A DNA stretch of 63,531 nucleotides, the filler included. It is 5 parts of 5 records of this genome, joined end to end, with 100 filler letters (N's around TTAATTAATTAA, not from the genome) between each part and the next. Parts side by side here need not be neighbours in the genome. Positions count along the whole stretch, not along the records: positions 29,865 to 48,954 come from DRR723986_6426; 4 more parts are not named here. The stretch is one strand, 5' to 3'. Positions 31,577 to 41,796 of the stretch are shown here, piece by piece. The notes under the pieces were generated by a model. The model did no database searches, was not told the DNA's origin, and saw only the letters and a program-made list of their open reading frames with translations. Position 1 is the first letter of the stretch. Every line of letters starts with the position of its first letter. The translations under genes and the position numbers were made by a program.

Positions 31577-34500
31577 TTAACCCTTGCCGCGCGGAAGCCA
31601 GATGCGGAACTCGCTGTACTCACCAGGCTCCGACTGCACCGTAATCGTGCCACCGTGCCCGCCTGTCACGATATCATACGTAATAGACAGTCCCAGCCCT
31701 GTGCCCTGCCCACTTGGTTTTGTTGTAAAAAATGGTGTAAAAATCTTCTCGCGCAGTTCTACCGCTATGCCAACGCCATTGTCACGTACACACAAGGTCA
31801 GTCCGTCAGCATCACATGCCGAGGAGACTTCCACTTTGGGCACGAAACCTGGCCCGGAGTTTTCGCGGCGCTGCATTGCAGCATAACAGCCATTATTGAC
31901 CAGGTTGATCAACGCACGCTGAATATCGGGCGAACTCAGATTCCAGCTCGGCACATCCGCGGCAAGGTCCATCTCAATCTGGCAGTCAAAACTTGAGTCT
32001 TTGGCACGCATGCCATGTGAAGCCAGGTTGACGGCCTCGCGAATCAGGGCCGAGACATCCGTCGCTGAGTGTTCACCCGCAATTCCGCGTGAATGCTCCA
32101 GCATCCCACTCACAATATTGGTAGCTCGGCTGCCATGCTGTTTGATTCGCTGCATATTGCCGCGCATGTCATCCAGCAAGTCTTCAATATCTTCGTGTTT
32201 GTCGCCTTTATCCAGGCCCAGGCCTTCCAGCTGCTCTTCCAAATCAGAACAAAGCTCGGCAGACACATCCGCAAAATTGTTAACAAAATTCAGTGGATTC
32301 TGAATTTCATGTGCAATCCCCGCCGTTAACTCACCAAGCGAGGCCATCTTTTCGGCATGCACAAGTTGATCCTGCGTCAGACGCAAATCCTTGAGAGCCG
32401 CTTCCAACTTAACATTTGTTGACTCCAGATTATCGCGCTGCTCCTGCACCGCTGCATTCGCGGACGCCAGCTCGTCATTTCGTGCCCGAATTTGCGCCGT
32501 TTGGCTCGACACTTCATGCTCAAGCAGTTTCTTCTGCAGCTGCAGCCCGCGCATGCGCAGCGTATAGATTAACATGATCAGCCCCACAGCAAAAGCAATC
32601 ACCAGCACCTTAAACCAAATCTCCTCCCAGAAAGGCGGAATAACCCGAACCTTTAAAGTTGTACCGGCAGTATTCCAGGCGCCATCATTGTTTGAGCCGC
32701 GCACATAAAAGGTATAAGTCCCACCATCCAGATTCGTATAATTTGTGTATCGCCTCGTGCCTGCCTGCACCCAGTCCCGGTCAAAACCCTCCAACATAAA
32801 CTCGTAACGGTTTTTCTGTGAATTAGTATAGTTGAGTGCCACAAATTCAAATGAAAAGAAATTCTGATCGTAGTTTAACACTACCTCGTCGAGTTTGGCG
32901 GGATCGGCGCCCAGCAGATACGGCTCACCAAAAACCGTCAGGTTGGTTAACTCAATGGGTGGCACCCAGGGATTATCCTTTATTCTCTCCGGCTGAAACG
33001 CATTAAATCCATTCGGCCCACCAAAAAACAGCTCGCCAATCGGCGAAACGTAACACGCGCCCTCATTAAATTCATGCCCCTGCAGACCATCGTTAATATC
33101 ATAATTGCGGAACTCGGCCGCATTACTGTCAGCATCGTACGTCAGCCGTGAGAGCCCCTGATCGGCACTGATCCAATAGACACCACTTGTGTCGGCACAA
33201 ACCGCATATACACGATTATTAACCAATCCATCAGAAACTGTAAAACGTTCAAACTGCGCAGACTCGCCGGCCACCTGCCCCGCATTCGGCAGACAGTTTA
33301 AGCCGCCGCGGTCAGTCCCAATCCACAAAATATCATCTGGATCCACATACATGTGGTTAATAGAGTTACTACTTAATCCGCGCGGGTTCCCCGGCTGCTG
33401 CCTGAAGTTAACAAACTGCGCGCTCTCGTGATCGTACAGACTAAGCCCGCCGTCCAGTGTTCCGACCCACAGCCTGCCGCTGCTGTCGACAACCATTGTC
33501 GAAACGAAGTTATTCACCAATGAGTTGGCAGCGTCGGGACGATGCATAAAACGTTCAAACTTCTTCGTGGCCGGATCGAACAGGTTAAACCCACCGCCTG
33601 AAGTCCCGACCCAGACGCGCCCATCTTTGCGTTCAATAATTGCGCGTACGTCATTGTGGCTAATACTCGTTGAATCCCGTGCATCATGTTTAAACTGCTG
33701 GAAGCGGTTCGTGCTCGGATCAAAAACCATCAATCCCCCACCAACTGATCCAACCCACAGCTTGCCGTCGTCACGTGGAAGCACCACGCGAATGTCCGTG
33801 TCATAGGCGCTTAAGTTCGAGTTTTCAAAAGATACACTGCCGCGGTAGCGCCACTCATCGCGATCAAGTTCAAAACGGTTCAGGCCGCTCCAGGCGCCAA
33901 CCCACAAAGTTCCGGCATCCGCCTGCGCAATGGCGTGTACTTCGTTTCTGTTAATTCCCGCCTGGCCTGTGCCCCTTGCGCGGAAATGCGCAAACTTCTG
34001 TTTTAGTTGATCATAAACATTCAGTCCACCCCAGGTCCCGACCCACATGATATTGGAGGCACCACGGCAAATGGAACTGACAAGGTCATCACTTAAACTC
34101 TGCCGGTCCTGTGAGTCGTACTGATATCTCCGAAAGTCACCCGTGCCGGACTGCAATATCGAAACACCGCCGCCCCAGGTGCCAACCCAAATATTTTGTG
34201 ACTCATCTTCTACGATGCTGCGGATGTAGTCATTCGAAATTGAAGACGGAACCCCAGGTTTATGCACAAAGTGACGTAAGCTATTGTCACTCCGGGTCAA
34301 TCTAAATAGTCCACTGCCCCAGGTCCCGACCCACAGTGTATCCCCGCTGCTGTGCAGTGCAGACACATCCAGCAGACTCGGCGGTAGATCATCTTCATCC
34401 TCAAGCAGTGGTTCAAGCACGTCCGTAGCTGCGTCGTATCGCAAAATTCCGGCCGTGTTGGTGCCCAGCAGAATTTCGCCGTCTTCGGTCGCATATACCG

Positions 34501-35056
34501 TCCAAACATTTTCGGATGTTTTACTGCTGTCGGGGCTCATATACTCGTAGCGGTTAAACACACCCGTTTCAGTGTTAAGTCGGCTTACGCTTCCGCCCCA
34601 GGTACCCACCCAGATATTCCCCTGCTTATCTTCACAAATGGTACGAACGTCGTCTGAGCTGATGCTTCCCAGGTCGTCTTCATTGTGCCGGAATGCCGTA
34701 AATTCGCCTGTCCCGCGGTCCAGTTTGTTTAAGCCGCCACCCCAGGTCGCAACCCATATTGTGCTATCCCGTGATTCGTAAATATCCCATACGCGACTAT
34801 TACTCAGGCTTAGCGAGTCCTTGGGGTCATGATTAAACTCACGGAATTCGTAACCATTGTAAAGGTTCAAACCATTATTGGTTCCAATCCAAAGGAAATG
34901 CCTGCGATCCTGCACGATACAGTTAATCTGGCTCTGGGAAATCCCCTGATCCCAGGACAGGCGCTCAAACTTCACTTGCGCAGCCAGCGGAAGTGTTAAC
35001 AGGCAAAATAGAACAGTCAACCCAATGGCAAAAAAGACCTGGCGCGAATTCGGCAT
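31577..35056 (-). CDS. Membrane sensor histidine kinase with extracytoplasmic beta-propeller repeats and Y_Y_Y domain
   Basis: Repeated WVGTWGGG/SLS blades, YEFMLEGFD..W..YTNL.GG.Y, PPFW + TM, AGIAHEIQNPL, DNGVGI, FFTTK, GTGLGL. Confidence 0.95.
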   Translation of the reverse strand: MPNSRQVFFAIGLTVLFCLLTLPLAAQVKFERLSWDQGISQSQINCIVQDRRHFLWIGTNNGLNLYNGYEFREFNHDPKDSLSLSNSRVWDIYESRDSTIWVATWGGGLNKLDRGTGEFTAFRHNEDDLGSISSDDVRTICEDKQGNIWVGTWGGSVSRLNTETGVFNRYEYMSPDSSKTSENVWTVYATEDGEILLGTNTAGILRYDAATDVLEPLLEDEDDLPPSLLDVSALHSSGDTLWVGTWGSGLFRLTRSDNSLRHFVHKPGVPSSISNDYIRSIVEDESQNIWVGTWGGGVSILQSGTGDFRRYQYDSQDRQSLSDDLVSSICRGASNIMWVGTWGGLNVYDQLKQKFAHFRARGTGQAGINRNEVHAIAQADAGTLWVGAWSGLNRFELDRDEWRYRGSVSFENSNLSAYDTDIRVVLPRDDGKLWVGSVGGGLMVFDPSTNRFQQFKHDARDSTSISHNDVRAIIERKDGRVWVGTSGGGFNLFDPATKKFERFMHRPDAANSLVNNFVSTMVVDSSGRLWVGTLDGGLSLYDHESAQFVNFRQQPGNPRGLSSNSINHMYVDPDDILWIGTDRGGLNCLPNAGQVAGESAQFERFTVSDGLVNNRVYAVCADTSGVYWISADQGLSRLTYDADSNAAEFRNYDINDGLQGHEFNEGACYVSPIGELFFGGPNGFNAFQPERIKDNPWVPPIELTNLTVFGEPYLLGADPAKLDEVVLNYDQNFFSFEFVALNYTNSQKNRYEFMLEGFDRDWVQAGTRRYTNYTNLDGGTYTFYVRGSNNDGAWNTAGTTLKVRVIPPFWEEIWFKVLVIAFAVGLIMLIYTLRMRGLQLQKKLLEHEVSSQTAQIRARNDELASANAAVQEQRDNLESTNVKLEAALKDLRLTQDQLVHAEKMASLGELTAGIAHEIQNPLNFVNNFADVSAELCSDLEEQLEGLGLDKGDKHEDIEDLLDDMRGNMQRIKQHGSRATNIVSGMLEHSRGIAGEHSATDVSALIREAVNLASHGMRAKDSSFDCQIEMDLAADVPSWNLSSPDIQRALINLVNNGCYAAMQRRENSGPGFVPKVEVSSACDADGLTLCVRDNGVGIAVELREKIFTPFFTTKPSGQGTGLGLSITYDIVTGGHGGTITVQSEPGEYSEFRIWLPRGKG

Positions 35057-36042
35057 GGTTTGTATCCCTCTGTGAAAGCATCTGGTGGCCGCCAAACGGC
35101 CCGGCAGAAAATACGACCTTTAGACCTCACCTCCCAATATTCGTCATTGGCGCAGCTGCATCTGCCATTTGCACAGCACTGCTCTTAGCTTCGCCCTCAT
35201 GATCTTTTTGTTTGGCGCTGATCCGCCAGCCTCAAGTCCGCAACCCAGCCCCCAGCCACCAAGTCTCAAATCCAACAGCCGAGTCTCCTAACCCCAAGCC
35301 CGAACGCCAGCCGCGCCAATTCGCCAGGTCATCCGTCTAATACTCAAGAGCACATAGTCGGAAACCAATGACTACGGGTCCCCAACCGTAAGTCTACAGC
35401 CGCATGCCCCAGCCGCATGCCCCCAAATCCGTCCTCCACCCCTTGCCCCTCAGTCGCGCGCTCAAATGCATTCAATATATCGACTGGCAGACAGACTCGC
35501 CACATGCCACTTCCAGATCAGTGCAAAACAAAATGGCTTTAAGAAAGCGATGCAGCAGCGCTTGATCTTCCCACACCAAAAAGAATTGAGCCCCACATCA
35601 AGCGCGGATTTGCCGTACCAAAAACAAGCCAAAAAACAACCGAAGCCAAAAAAGTGATCATTGAACCACACTATTCAAAAAAAGTTTAGCTAAACCAAAG
35701 GTCGCAATTTGGCAGCATACAAAAATACGGAATGCAGCATGCCACGTTCAAGCCCCAATCTATAAATGGAGCTTTAGAGTTTATCGATCGACGCGCCCAA
35801 TTGACTGTTTAACTGTTCAGAAATGGCTGCAAACTACTTTTAGCAGCACAATCCCGGCCCTGCCCGTCAGAGCCCCGCCTTAACGGCTCGGCATCAGCAT
35901 GTGCGCACTTGCTTTAGGCATGCAACCTTCTCTAAATTGCATCGTTGGCCAAAGTTGAGGGAGCGTCGTTAATTAACACGATGAGGCCAGGTCCTCCGAT
36001 CACATCCGGCATATTAACAACAAGTACAATTGGAGCAACACT

Positions 36043-36753
36043 ATGTACCGAACTTACCTCTTCTTAATCTGTTTAAGTGCAATTACAGTACTGCAAGCCT
36101 GCAACTTTAACTACCTTGCGTCAAAAAACAGCAAACGTTACGGCTTAACATCATACGTTGACCCGGCTTACACCAAGAGCTATTTTAATGCGGTTGCCAT
36201 CTACAGTGACAGCAGCGACTTCAACTGGCGCCGTGATATTGAGAACAAAACCCTGCAGACATTGCAGCGTCATGGAGCCACGGCATCTGCTGGTTCACGC
36301 CTTGTCCCACCCACGCGCGAGTGGACCCAGGCCCAAGGTGACAGCATTCTGCGGCGCGCCGGTATCGACGCTGTTTTGCTTTTTGAGGTTGCGGTAGACT
36401 CGACTGTTGAACAGGTACACGTCCCCTACAAAACAAGCTCTAAAAAGGTTGAGAAAAGCAAGTCAACATCCAAAAACAACAAGATTGATTCTACGCAAAG
36501 CGGCCCGTCTAAAACAAGCGGCAAAGAAGTGCGCGAGGAGTGGCAGACTGTAGAAAGTTCTGGTGGATACTTCCGCACAGACGTGACGCGCCACTATCAA
36601 ATCAAAGCAAGACTGATTGACATCCGTAATGGCGCCGTGGCCTGGGTAGGGCACTATACGACCAGCAACGATGGCTACTTAAACGACTTCACACGCCGCG
36701 TTGCACAGCAATTGATTATGGACGAAGTTGTTTTTACCCGTCCATCCGATTAA
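36043..36753 (+). CDS. Hypothetical lipoprotein
   Basis: GGAG RBS, lipobox LQAC, K/S/T-rich insert, C-terminal RLIDIRNGAVAWVG. Confidence 0.8.
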   Translation: MYRTYLFLICLSAITVLQACNFNYLASKNSKRYGLTSYVDPAYTKSYFNAVAIYSDSSDFNWRRDIENKTLQTLQRHGATASAGSRLVPPTREWTQAQGDSILRRAGIDAVLLFEVAVDSTVEQVHVPYKTSSKKVEKSKSTSKNNKIDSTQSGPSKTSGKEVREEWQTVESSGGYFRTDVTRHYQIKARLIDIRNGAVAWVGHYTTSNDGYLNDFTRRVAQQLIMDEVVFTRPSD

Positions 36754-36774
36754 ACAAAATCGACACACAACAGC

Positions 36775-36808
36775 CGGAAGACGGAGATTTAAAAGCCTCC
36801 GCCTTCCG
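36775..36808. terminator. Hairpin downstream of lipoprotein gene
   Basis: CGGAAGACGGAG...CTCCGCCTTCCG near-perfect stem; no clear U-tract. Confidence 0.45.
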
Positions 36809-37156
36809 CTCGAGTGAACGGCATAGCGCAACCGGCGTGGCGCAACACCGCTCCGAATTGAATGCGTGTTCTAATTTGATTAACATTTGGGCAATGAACG
36901 GTCCAGGCACTACAACTGCGAAACGTATCCCAGCATACAACACCAGCAAACAAACCCAGTTCCTCAAAAACAACAGTCTGTTCTTGTGATGCAACACAGA
37001 TGTTCCAAGGCTACCGGAGGTTACAGTCGGACGCAAGCATACAAGAATCCCTGGCCCGCGCAGCAGCAAAATTAATGCCTGTGCAGCCCGGCACCTACAG
37101 GTTTTAACCCGTAGACGGAGATGTGGTGAAACAGCTGGAATCAATAACCAAAAGAC

Positions 37157-39499
37157 TTAGCGAGGGACAGTTTTACCAGTTAACTGAAACGGTCGATCCC
37201 CAGACCGGGGCCATACAAAATTGTGATTACTTGCGTCAGACTCCCAGCGACGCCACTTTGGTCGCCCATAACCGGTCGAATTATCGTGTGGCTGCAGTGT
37301 GAATGTTGCCATGGCGGACTGAAACAGCGTTTGTTCGGCAAAGTCCAACTGTGTTAAATGTGTCGCCGCAGAACGTACCATTTCTGAATCTAGCTGCACG
37401 TGTGCAAATACCGCGTCAGTTTTCAGCTTTCCGTAACGGACCTTGCCCCTATCAAAAGTATAGCGCGGCCGGTGATTCTGATTGTTTAGGTCGGCACGCA
37501 AATTTGACTTAACAGCCACAAGCTCCTCAACACCATTGTGGCGCACACTGATACCAACTCCTTGCTGACTATCAACATCGAGCAGATCAACAGACTCCAG
37601 AATTGCGCTCGGATCAGCTGCCCGCGTCTGCGGAGCCAGAATTGTCACAAAAGTCTCAAAACTCCCCTGCAGGTAATGCCCCTCCGTGCTCTGATACATG
37701 CAGTACGAATCCGTTCCGTTGCGCGTCAGTGGAAACAGCGAGTCGCGCTTGTTAACAGTCTCAGGAAAATATATTAACAAAGCGGCTTCAGAGTCATTTG
37801 TCGCATTCAGTGAAACAGAGTCAACACTTGAAACAAAGTAGTGGTCGCCACGCTGATGCACATCAGTGCCATGCCATAGATTGGCAAAACTGTAGTGGCC
37901 GTCCCGCAGAACTTCAACAATGTCAACGACTACAAAAATGTTTGGTTCACGTAGCCACGTAATGACACGGTCTTCGCGATATCCGCGCCTGTCATCCTGC
38001 AGTCGCGTGCGGCTCACATCCAGATCGCGGAACGATGTGAAGTCAATCAGGCGACTGCTTACCGGCTGGTACGTTCCGGCATCGCGCAGAAACTCAAATA
38101 ACCCCTGCCCCGGCCAGCGCCGCCGGTTGCGCACCACCAGACGATTTTGAAAATAGTCGGCGCGGAATCCACCGTAGGGCCCATTCGGCACACCATCGCG
38201 ATACCCCGCAGATGCAAGTAAGAGCTGGCCACCCGCAGTTAAGTTAACAATTGCATTTATGTCGTCATGGCCATGGTGCGTCTTTTCTGCTTCAACTGGA
38301 ATAGTTTGATTAATAAACTCACTTGCCAGCCCGCCAAAATCACTTTGCTCGCGGTAGTTCAACAGCATAAATGTGTCATCGGACTCCAGACCCGAGCGGA
38401 AGACAATTTTTTTACTGATAACATCATCAAGTGCCGGTCCGCTGCTGAGTTCGGGTTGCTCTGCCACGAGTTCCTGCGGGCACCAACGCCAGGCATCCAG
38501 CAGCGTCATGGCTATAAAACCCTGAAGCTGCTCCGGATGGCGCTCGCGGCTGCGCTGCCATATTCGGCGCGCCACCCACGCATAATCGGCACGCTGGTAT
38601 TCTCTGGCGGCCCATTCAAAAACTGGCACCAGATAGAAGCGGCTTTCCTCAAAACGCGCATCACCAAAGGCGGGCACCATTCCAGTTGGCGACATTAAGT
38701 TTAAGTAGTAATCAAAGTAGAAGCGGAACTGTACGTTTGCAGCCAGGCTGTCGTCACCAATCTGTTCAGCGAACAGAATCATGCAATACATCCAGAGGCT
38801 CTGGTACAGCTGCGCATCTTCTATTTGCCACGTCCCACGGCTCTCGGCATACAGCGTATGTGCTACGGAACGCCATTGATCTGCCTGCGGATGTTTTGGC
38901 ATGGCTTCGGCCGCGTACAGCAAGCCCAAACCGCGAATTATCGAGCGATTCATGGCGCCCCATTCGGGAAAGCGGCACATATAGTCAGCTGTTAAACCCA
39001 CAACTGAGTCGAGGGTGGTACGCTGAGCGTCACTCAAATACTGACTCTCCCGCACATACAGGTAAGCGCGCGTAACGGTAAAAAAGCAAAAGAAGTTGTG
39101 CAGAAGTGGTGTTGCGCCCTGATATTCGGGCACCTGTTGCAGCAGTGAATCCGGGTGTAATTGCTTCAATTCGTTTAGATGCAGAAGCATATCCACAGCT
39201 TCGCGTTCCAGCGTTTCGTCACCTTCCATCTGTGCGCGCATCGCCGCAGAAATTGGCAGGAGCACCGAGGTGACCGGAGGATAAAAATGTGGTGAGTTTA
39301 AGTAGGCTTTCTCAGTTATCCATTCGCGTTCCAAGGTTTCCGCCTGATGACGAAACGCCTCAAATTGCTCTACAACTTTTTCGTAATAGGCATCACATTG
39401 TTGTGCTTTCAGGCTGGATATTAAACCGCCGCATAATATAAATGCAACTGCGTGAATTAACACGAGCATGTGTATCCTAAAGCAAACTGTTACATGCAT
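37157..39499 (-). CDS. Secreted protein, heparinase II/III-like polysaccharide lyase fold (tentative)
   Basis: Signal peptide, helical N-half with PAFGD, then HHGHDDINA...GQLLLASAGY resembling the Hepar_II_III H-x-H-x-D motif. Confidence 0.6.
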   Translation of the reverse strand: MHVTVCFRIHMLVLIHAVAFILCGGLISSLKAQQCDAYYEKVVEQFEAFRHQAETLEREWITEKAYLNSPHFYPPVTSVLLPISAAMRAQMEGDETLEREAVDMLLHLNELKQLHPDSLLQQVPEYQGATPLLHNFFCFFTVTRAYLYVRESQYLSDAQRTTLDSVVGLTADYMCRFPEWGAMNRSIIRGLGLLYAAEAMPKHPQADQWRSVAHTLYAESRGTWQIEDAQLYQSLWMYCMILFAEQIGDDSLAANVQFRFYFDYYLNLMSPTGMVPAFGDARFEESRFYLVPVFEWAAREYQRADYAWVARRIWQRSRERHPEQLQGFIAMTLLDAWRWCPQELVAEQPELSSGPALDDVISKKIVFRSGLESDDTFMLLNYREQSDFGGLASEFINQTIPVEAEKTHHGHDDINAIVNLTAGGQLLLASAGYRDGVPNGPYGGFRADYFQNRLVVRNRRRWPGQGLFEFLRDAGTYQPVSSRLIDFTSFRDLDVSRTRLQDDRRGYREDRVITWLREPNIFVVVDIVEVLRDGHYSFANLWHGTDVHQRGDHYFVSSVDSVSLNATNDSEAALLIYFPETVNKRDSLFPLTRNGTDSYCMYQSTEGHYLQGSFETFVTILAPQTRAADPSAILESVDLLDVDSQQGVGISVRHNGVEELVAVKSNLRADLNNQNHRPRYTFDRGKVRYGKLKTDAVFAHVQLDSEMVRSAATHLTQLDFAEQTLFQSAMATFTLQPHDNSTGYGRPKWRRWESDASNHNFVWPRSGDRPFQLTGKTVPR

Positions 39500-39537
39500 C
39501 GTGTTAACCTGGCGCTAGTGCGGTTTGTTTACACCGA

Positions 39538-40905
39538 TCAGCCAAGCTCACGGCGCAATGCCGCAAACAGGACTTCCAGCTCCGCCTCCGAACTACAGTA
39601 CATTGGTGCAATGCGCACGGCGTTTAAACCATGTTCCACCACAAATCGCAGGCGAATGCCGTCGCGGACCATTAGAGCTTTTAACAGTTCCTGCGGATCG
39701 ACTTGATCATTGAGTGACTGAAACGTCACAATTGCGGAGCTATCTTCTTCAGCCGGCGGCGTTAAAAGTTTAACTCCCGGAATTGCAAGCAATTCCGTTT
39801 TAATGCGCTGCGCCAGGTATGCCCCGCGCCGCGCGATATTTTCCAGACCTATATTTGTTGCCAGTGTTAATGCCGCGCCCAGCCCCACTACTTTGGCAGT
39901 GTCGTAGGTGCCGATTTCTACAGAGCGCGCCTTCTTAAGCGGAACAAATGTTACATCTTCCAGCGAATACTCACTATCCGCATATGCCCCGGCTACCGGC
40001 GTTGACCAATGCTCCATTGACTGCTGCCGAACGTACAACAGTCCCGAACCCTGTGGGCCAAATAGCCATTTATGTCCGGAAGAAACATAGAAGTCACATG
40101 CGATTTCGTGCAGGTTAAGTGGCATCATCCCCAGCGGATGTGCCCCGTCAATTACACTCAGGCAGCCATGTGCACGGCATAGTGCTACCAGCGATTTCAC
40201 CGGCATGCGCAGCCCGGTAGTACAGGTAACATGTGAAACAACCAGCACTCTGGTTTTTGGTGTTAACATTGCTTGCACCGCGTTAACTGTCGCTTCCGCA
40301 GTTTCACGAGGCTCAAACAGCGTTACTTTACAGCCAATGTCTCTGGCCAGTTTTACCCAGATCATCGCACCGCCGGGGTGCTCATGGGTGCTCATCAATA
40401 TTTCATCGCCCGCCTGCAGCTTCAAACCGCCGGCCACCATGTTCATCGCCGATGTAGTTCCGGCCGTAAACGCCAACTCCTCCGGCGCGCAGCCCAGCAC
40501 ATCCGCAAATTGCCGCCGCGTAGCTTTAATGTGCTTACGCTGTTCTTCCCCGGCAACCGCCAGATCATAAGCCGCCTGTTGGTGTGCCCGTAATACTGGA
40601 AAAGAGGCCGGTCCCAGACCACCACAATTCATGTAGATCCGGTCAGTCCGCAAAGGAAACAGGCTGCGCAGATTAGACCAGGCAATGTCGTCAGCTGCAT
40701 CCAATGCTTTCACGGAAACTTCCATGTCCAGTTCCGTCGTTCCGGATCTGGCGTCCCCTACTGTTCCCGCAGCCCTATCTTGCGTCGATTCGGCATCCTC
40801 AGCTTGGGTCTGCGCACTTGCAGTTAATCCCGGCATACCCAGGGCCAAAGCCGCTGCACTTCCCAATTGTAAAAAAGAACGTCTATCAAATTCTTTGGAA
40901 TTCAT
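39538..40905 (-). CDS. Tat-exported class V PLP enzyme (isopenicillin N epimerase/desulfurase-like)
   Basis: DRRSFL Tat motif, YMNCGGLG, EHPG, SHV..TG, DGAH, SGHKWLFGPQG. Confidence 0.9.
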   Translation of the reverse strand: MNSKEFDRRSFLQLGSAAALALGMPGLTASAQTQAEDAESTQDRAAGTVGDARSGTTELDMEVSVKALDAADDIAWSNLRSLFPLRTDRIYMNCGGLGPASFPVLRAHQQAAYDLAVAGEEQRKHIKATRRQFADVLGCAPEELAFTAGTTSAMNMVAGGLKLQAGDEILMSTHEHPGGAMIWVKLARDIGCKVTLFEPRETAEATVNAVQAMLTPKTRVLVVSHVTCTTGLRMPVKSLVALCRAHGCLSVIDGAHPLGMMPLNLHEIACDFYVSSGHKWLFGPQGSGLLYVRQQSMEHWSTPVAGAYADSEYSLEDVTFVPLKKARSVEIGTYDTAKVVGLGAALTLATNIGLENIARRGAYLAQRIKTELLAIPGVKLLTPPAEEDSSAIVTFQSLNDQVDPQELLKALMVRDGIRLRFVVEHGLNAVRIAPMYCSSEAELEVLFAALRRELG

Positions 40906-41672
40906 ATTTCCATCATCCTGCCGACCTGAGCCGAACGACACACAATACTACGAAATGATATTTAATCTGCAAAATTATTTACGCATCAAGTCAAAACGAC
41001 TTCCATTTTTCCTACACGCTAAAATTAATCGCGCAATCATACATTTTCTATAATAGGCAATGCGTAATTCTGCTAAAATCAGCCTGCTTACGGTCAAATG
41101 TTACAGACAGAACATCACCTTATATTGGTTAAATACTGCCCCGGAAGTCGAATCAACGCTCAAGATACAACATTCAAACAGCATTTCTACGGCGCTCAAT
41201 TTCCCGGCCGCACAACTAGCACTGTTTGCACAAAAAGCAGGTCCGCATCGGCACATAAATATTTCCAGCCTTTTGCTCAAACTCAACTCATCTAAACCGA
41301 CACTCACACCCGCGAAAACAGGCCATTACTGATGCCGGCGCTCACCTACGGTGGCTTTTTTGAGCTTTTTGTTAGCCTTTGAATGCAAAACCCCAAACCA
41401 ACGAGCCCGCCTCAAGACCATCATCCCCAAACGTTTCAGCCCTAAGCTCAAACCCAAAAAACTGGAGACACTAAACCCGCATCCGCGCCTGACGCCCTCC
41501 AGTCTTTCAGTCCCGCTCCCGGCGCTGCCGACCCGCCATGCCCAAGTGGTCAAATGCACCAATTGACTTCGCCGGCAGCACAACATCTTTCCCCGTTTTT
41601 TCAGCCCAACATTACAGAGTGGGCAGAAATATTTGCGTTTCGCTTCCGTAAAACTTACATTGCCATCGCAAC

Positions 41673-41711
41673 TAACCAAATGGTTAAACTACTTAGTTAA
41701 CCACTTTGGTG
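41673..41711. promoter_or_regulatory. Putative TetR operator array
   Basis: TAACCA-aa-TGGTTA palindrome plus two overlapping degenerate copies upstream of tetR. Confidence 0.7.
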
Positions 41712-41796
41712 GTTTTCTTTCATGTGCTCCGCGGACCTCACACGGTATCCAAAAGATCCGTAGAACACAATTTCTCGCACTGAGGAATCGATAACA

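Noticed and set aside
35345-35410. Possible c-di-GMP riboswitch (GGAAAC...CTACGGGTC...ACAGCCG)
   Set aside because: Only fragments of the consensus; required stems and GCAAA/GCAACCG elements are missing. An Rfam scan would settle it.
35397-35422. Direct repeats as a CRISPR array
   Set aside because: Two adjacent 13-mers with no spacers and no cas genes.
36810-37150. Small ORFs or ncRNA between lipoprotein and lyase-like gene
   Set aside because: No RBS, motif or recognisable structure that I can support.
40950-41680. Short ORFs in the gap before tetR, including a Cys-containing 117-aa frame
   Set aside because: Overlapping low-complexity frames without starts or family motifs.
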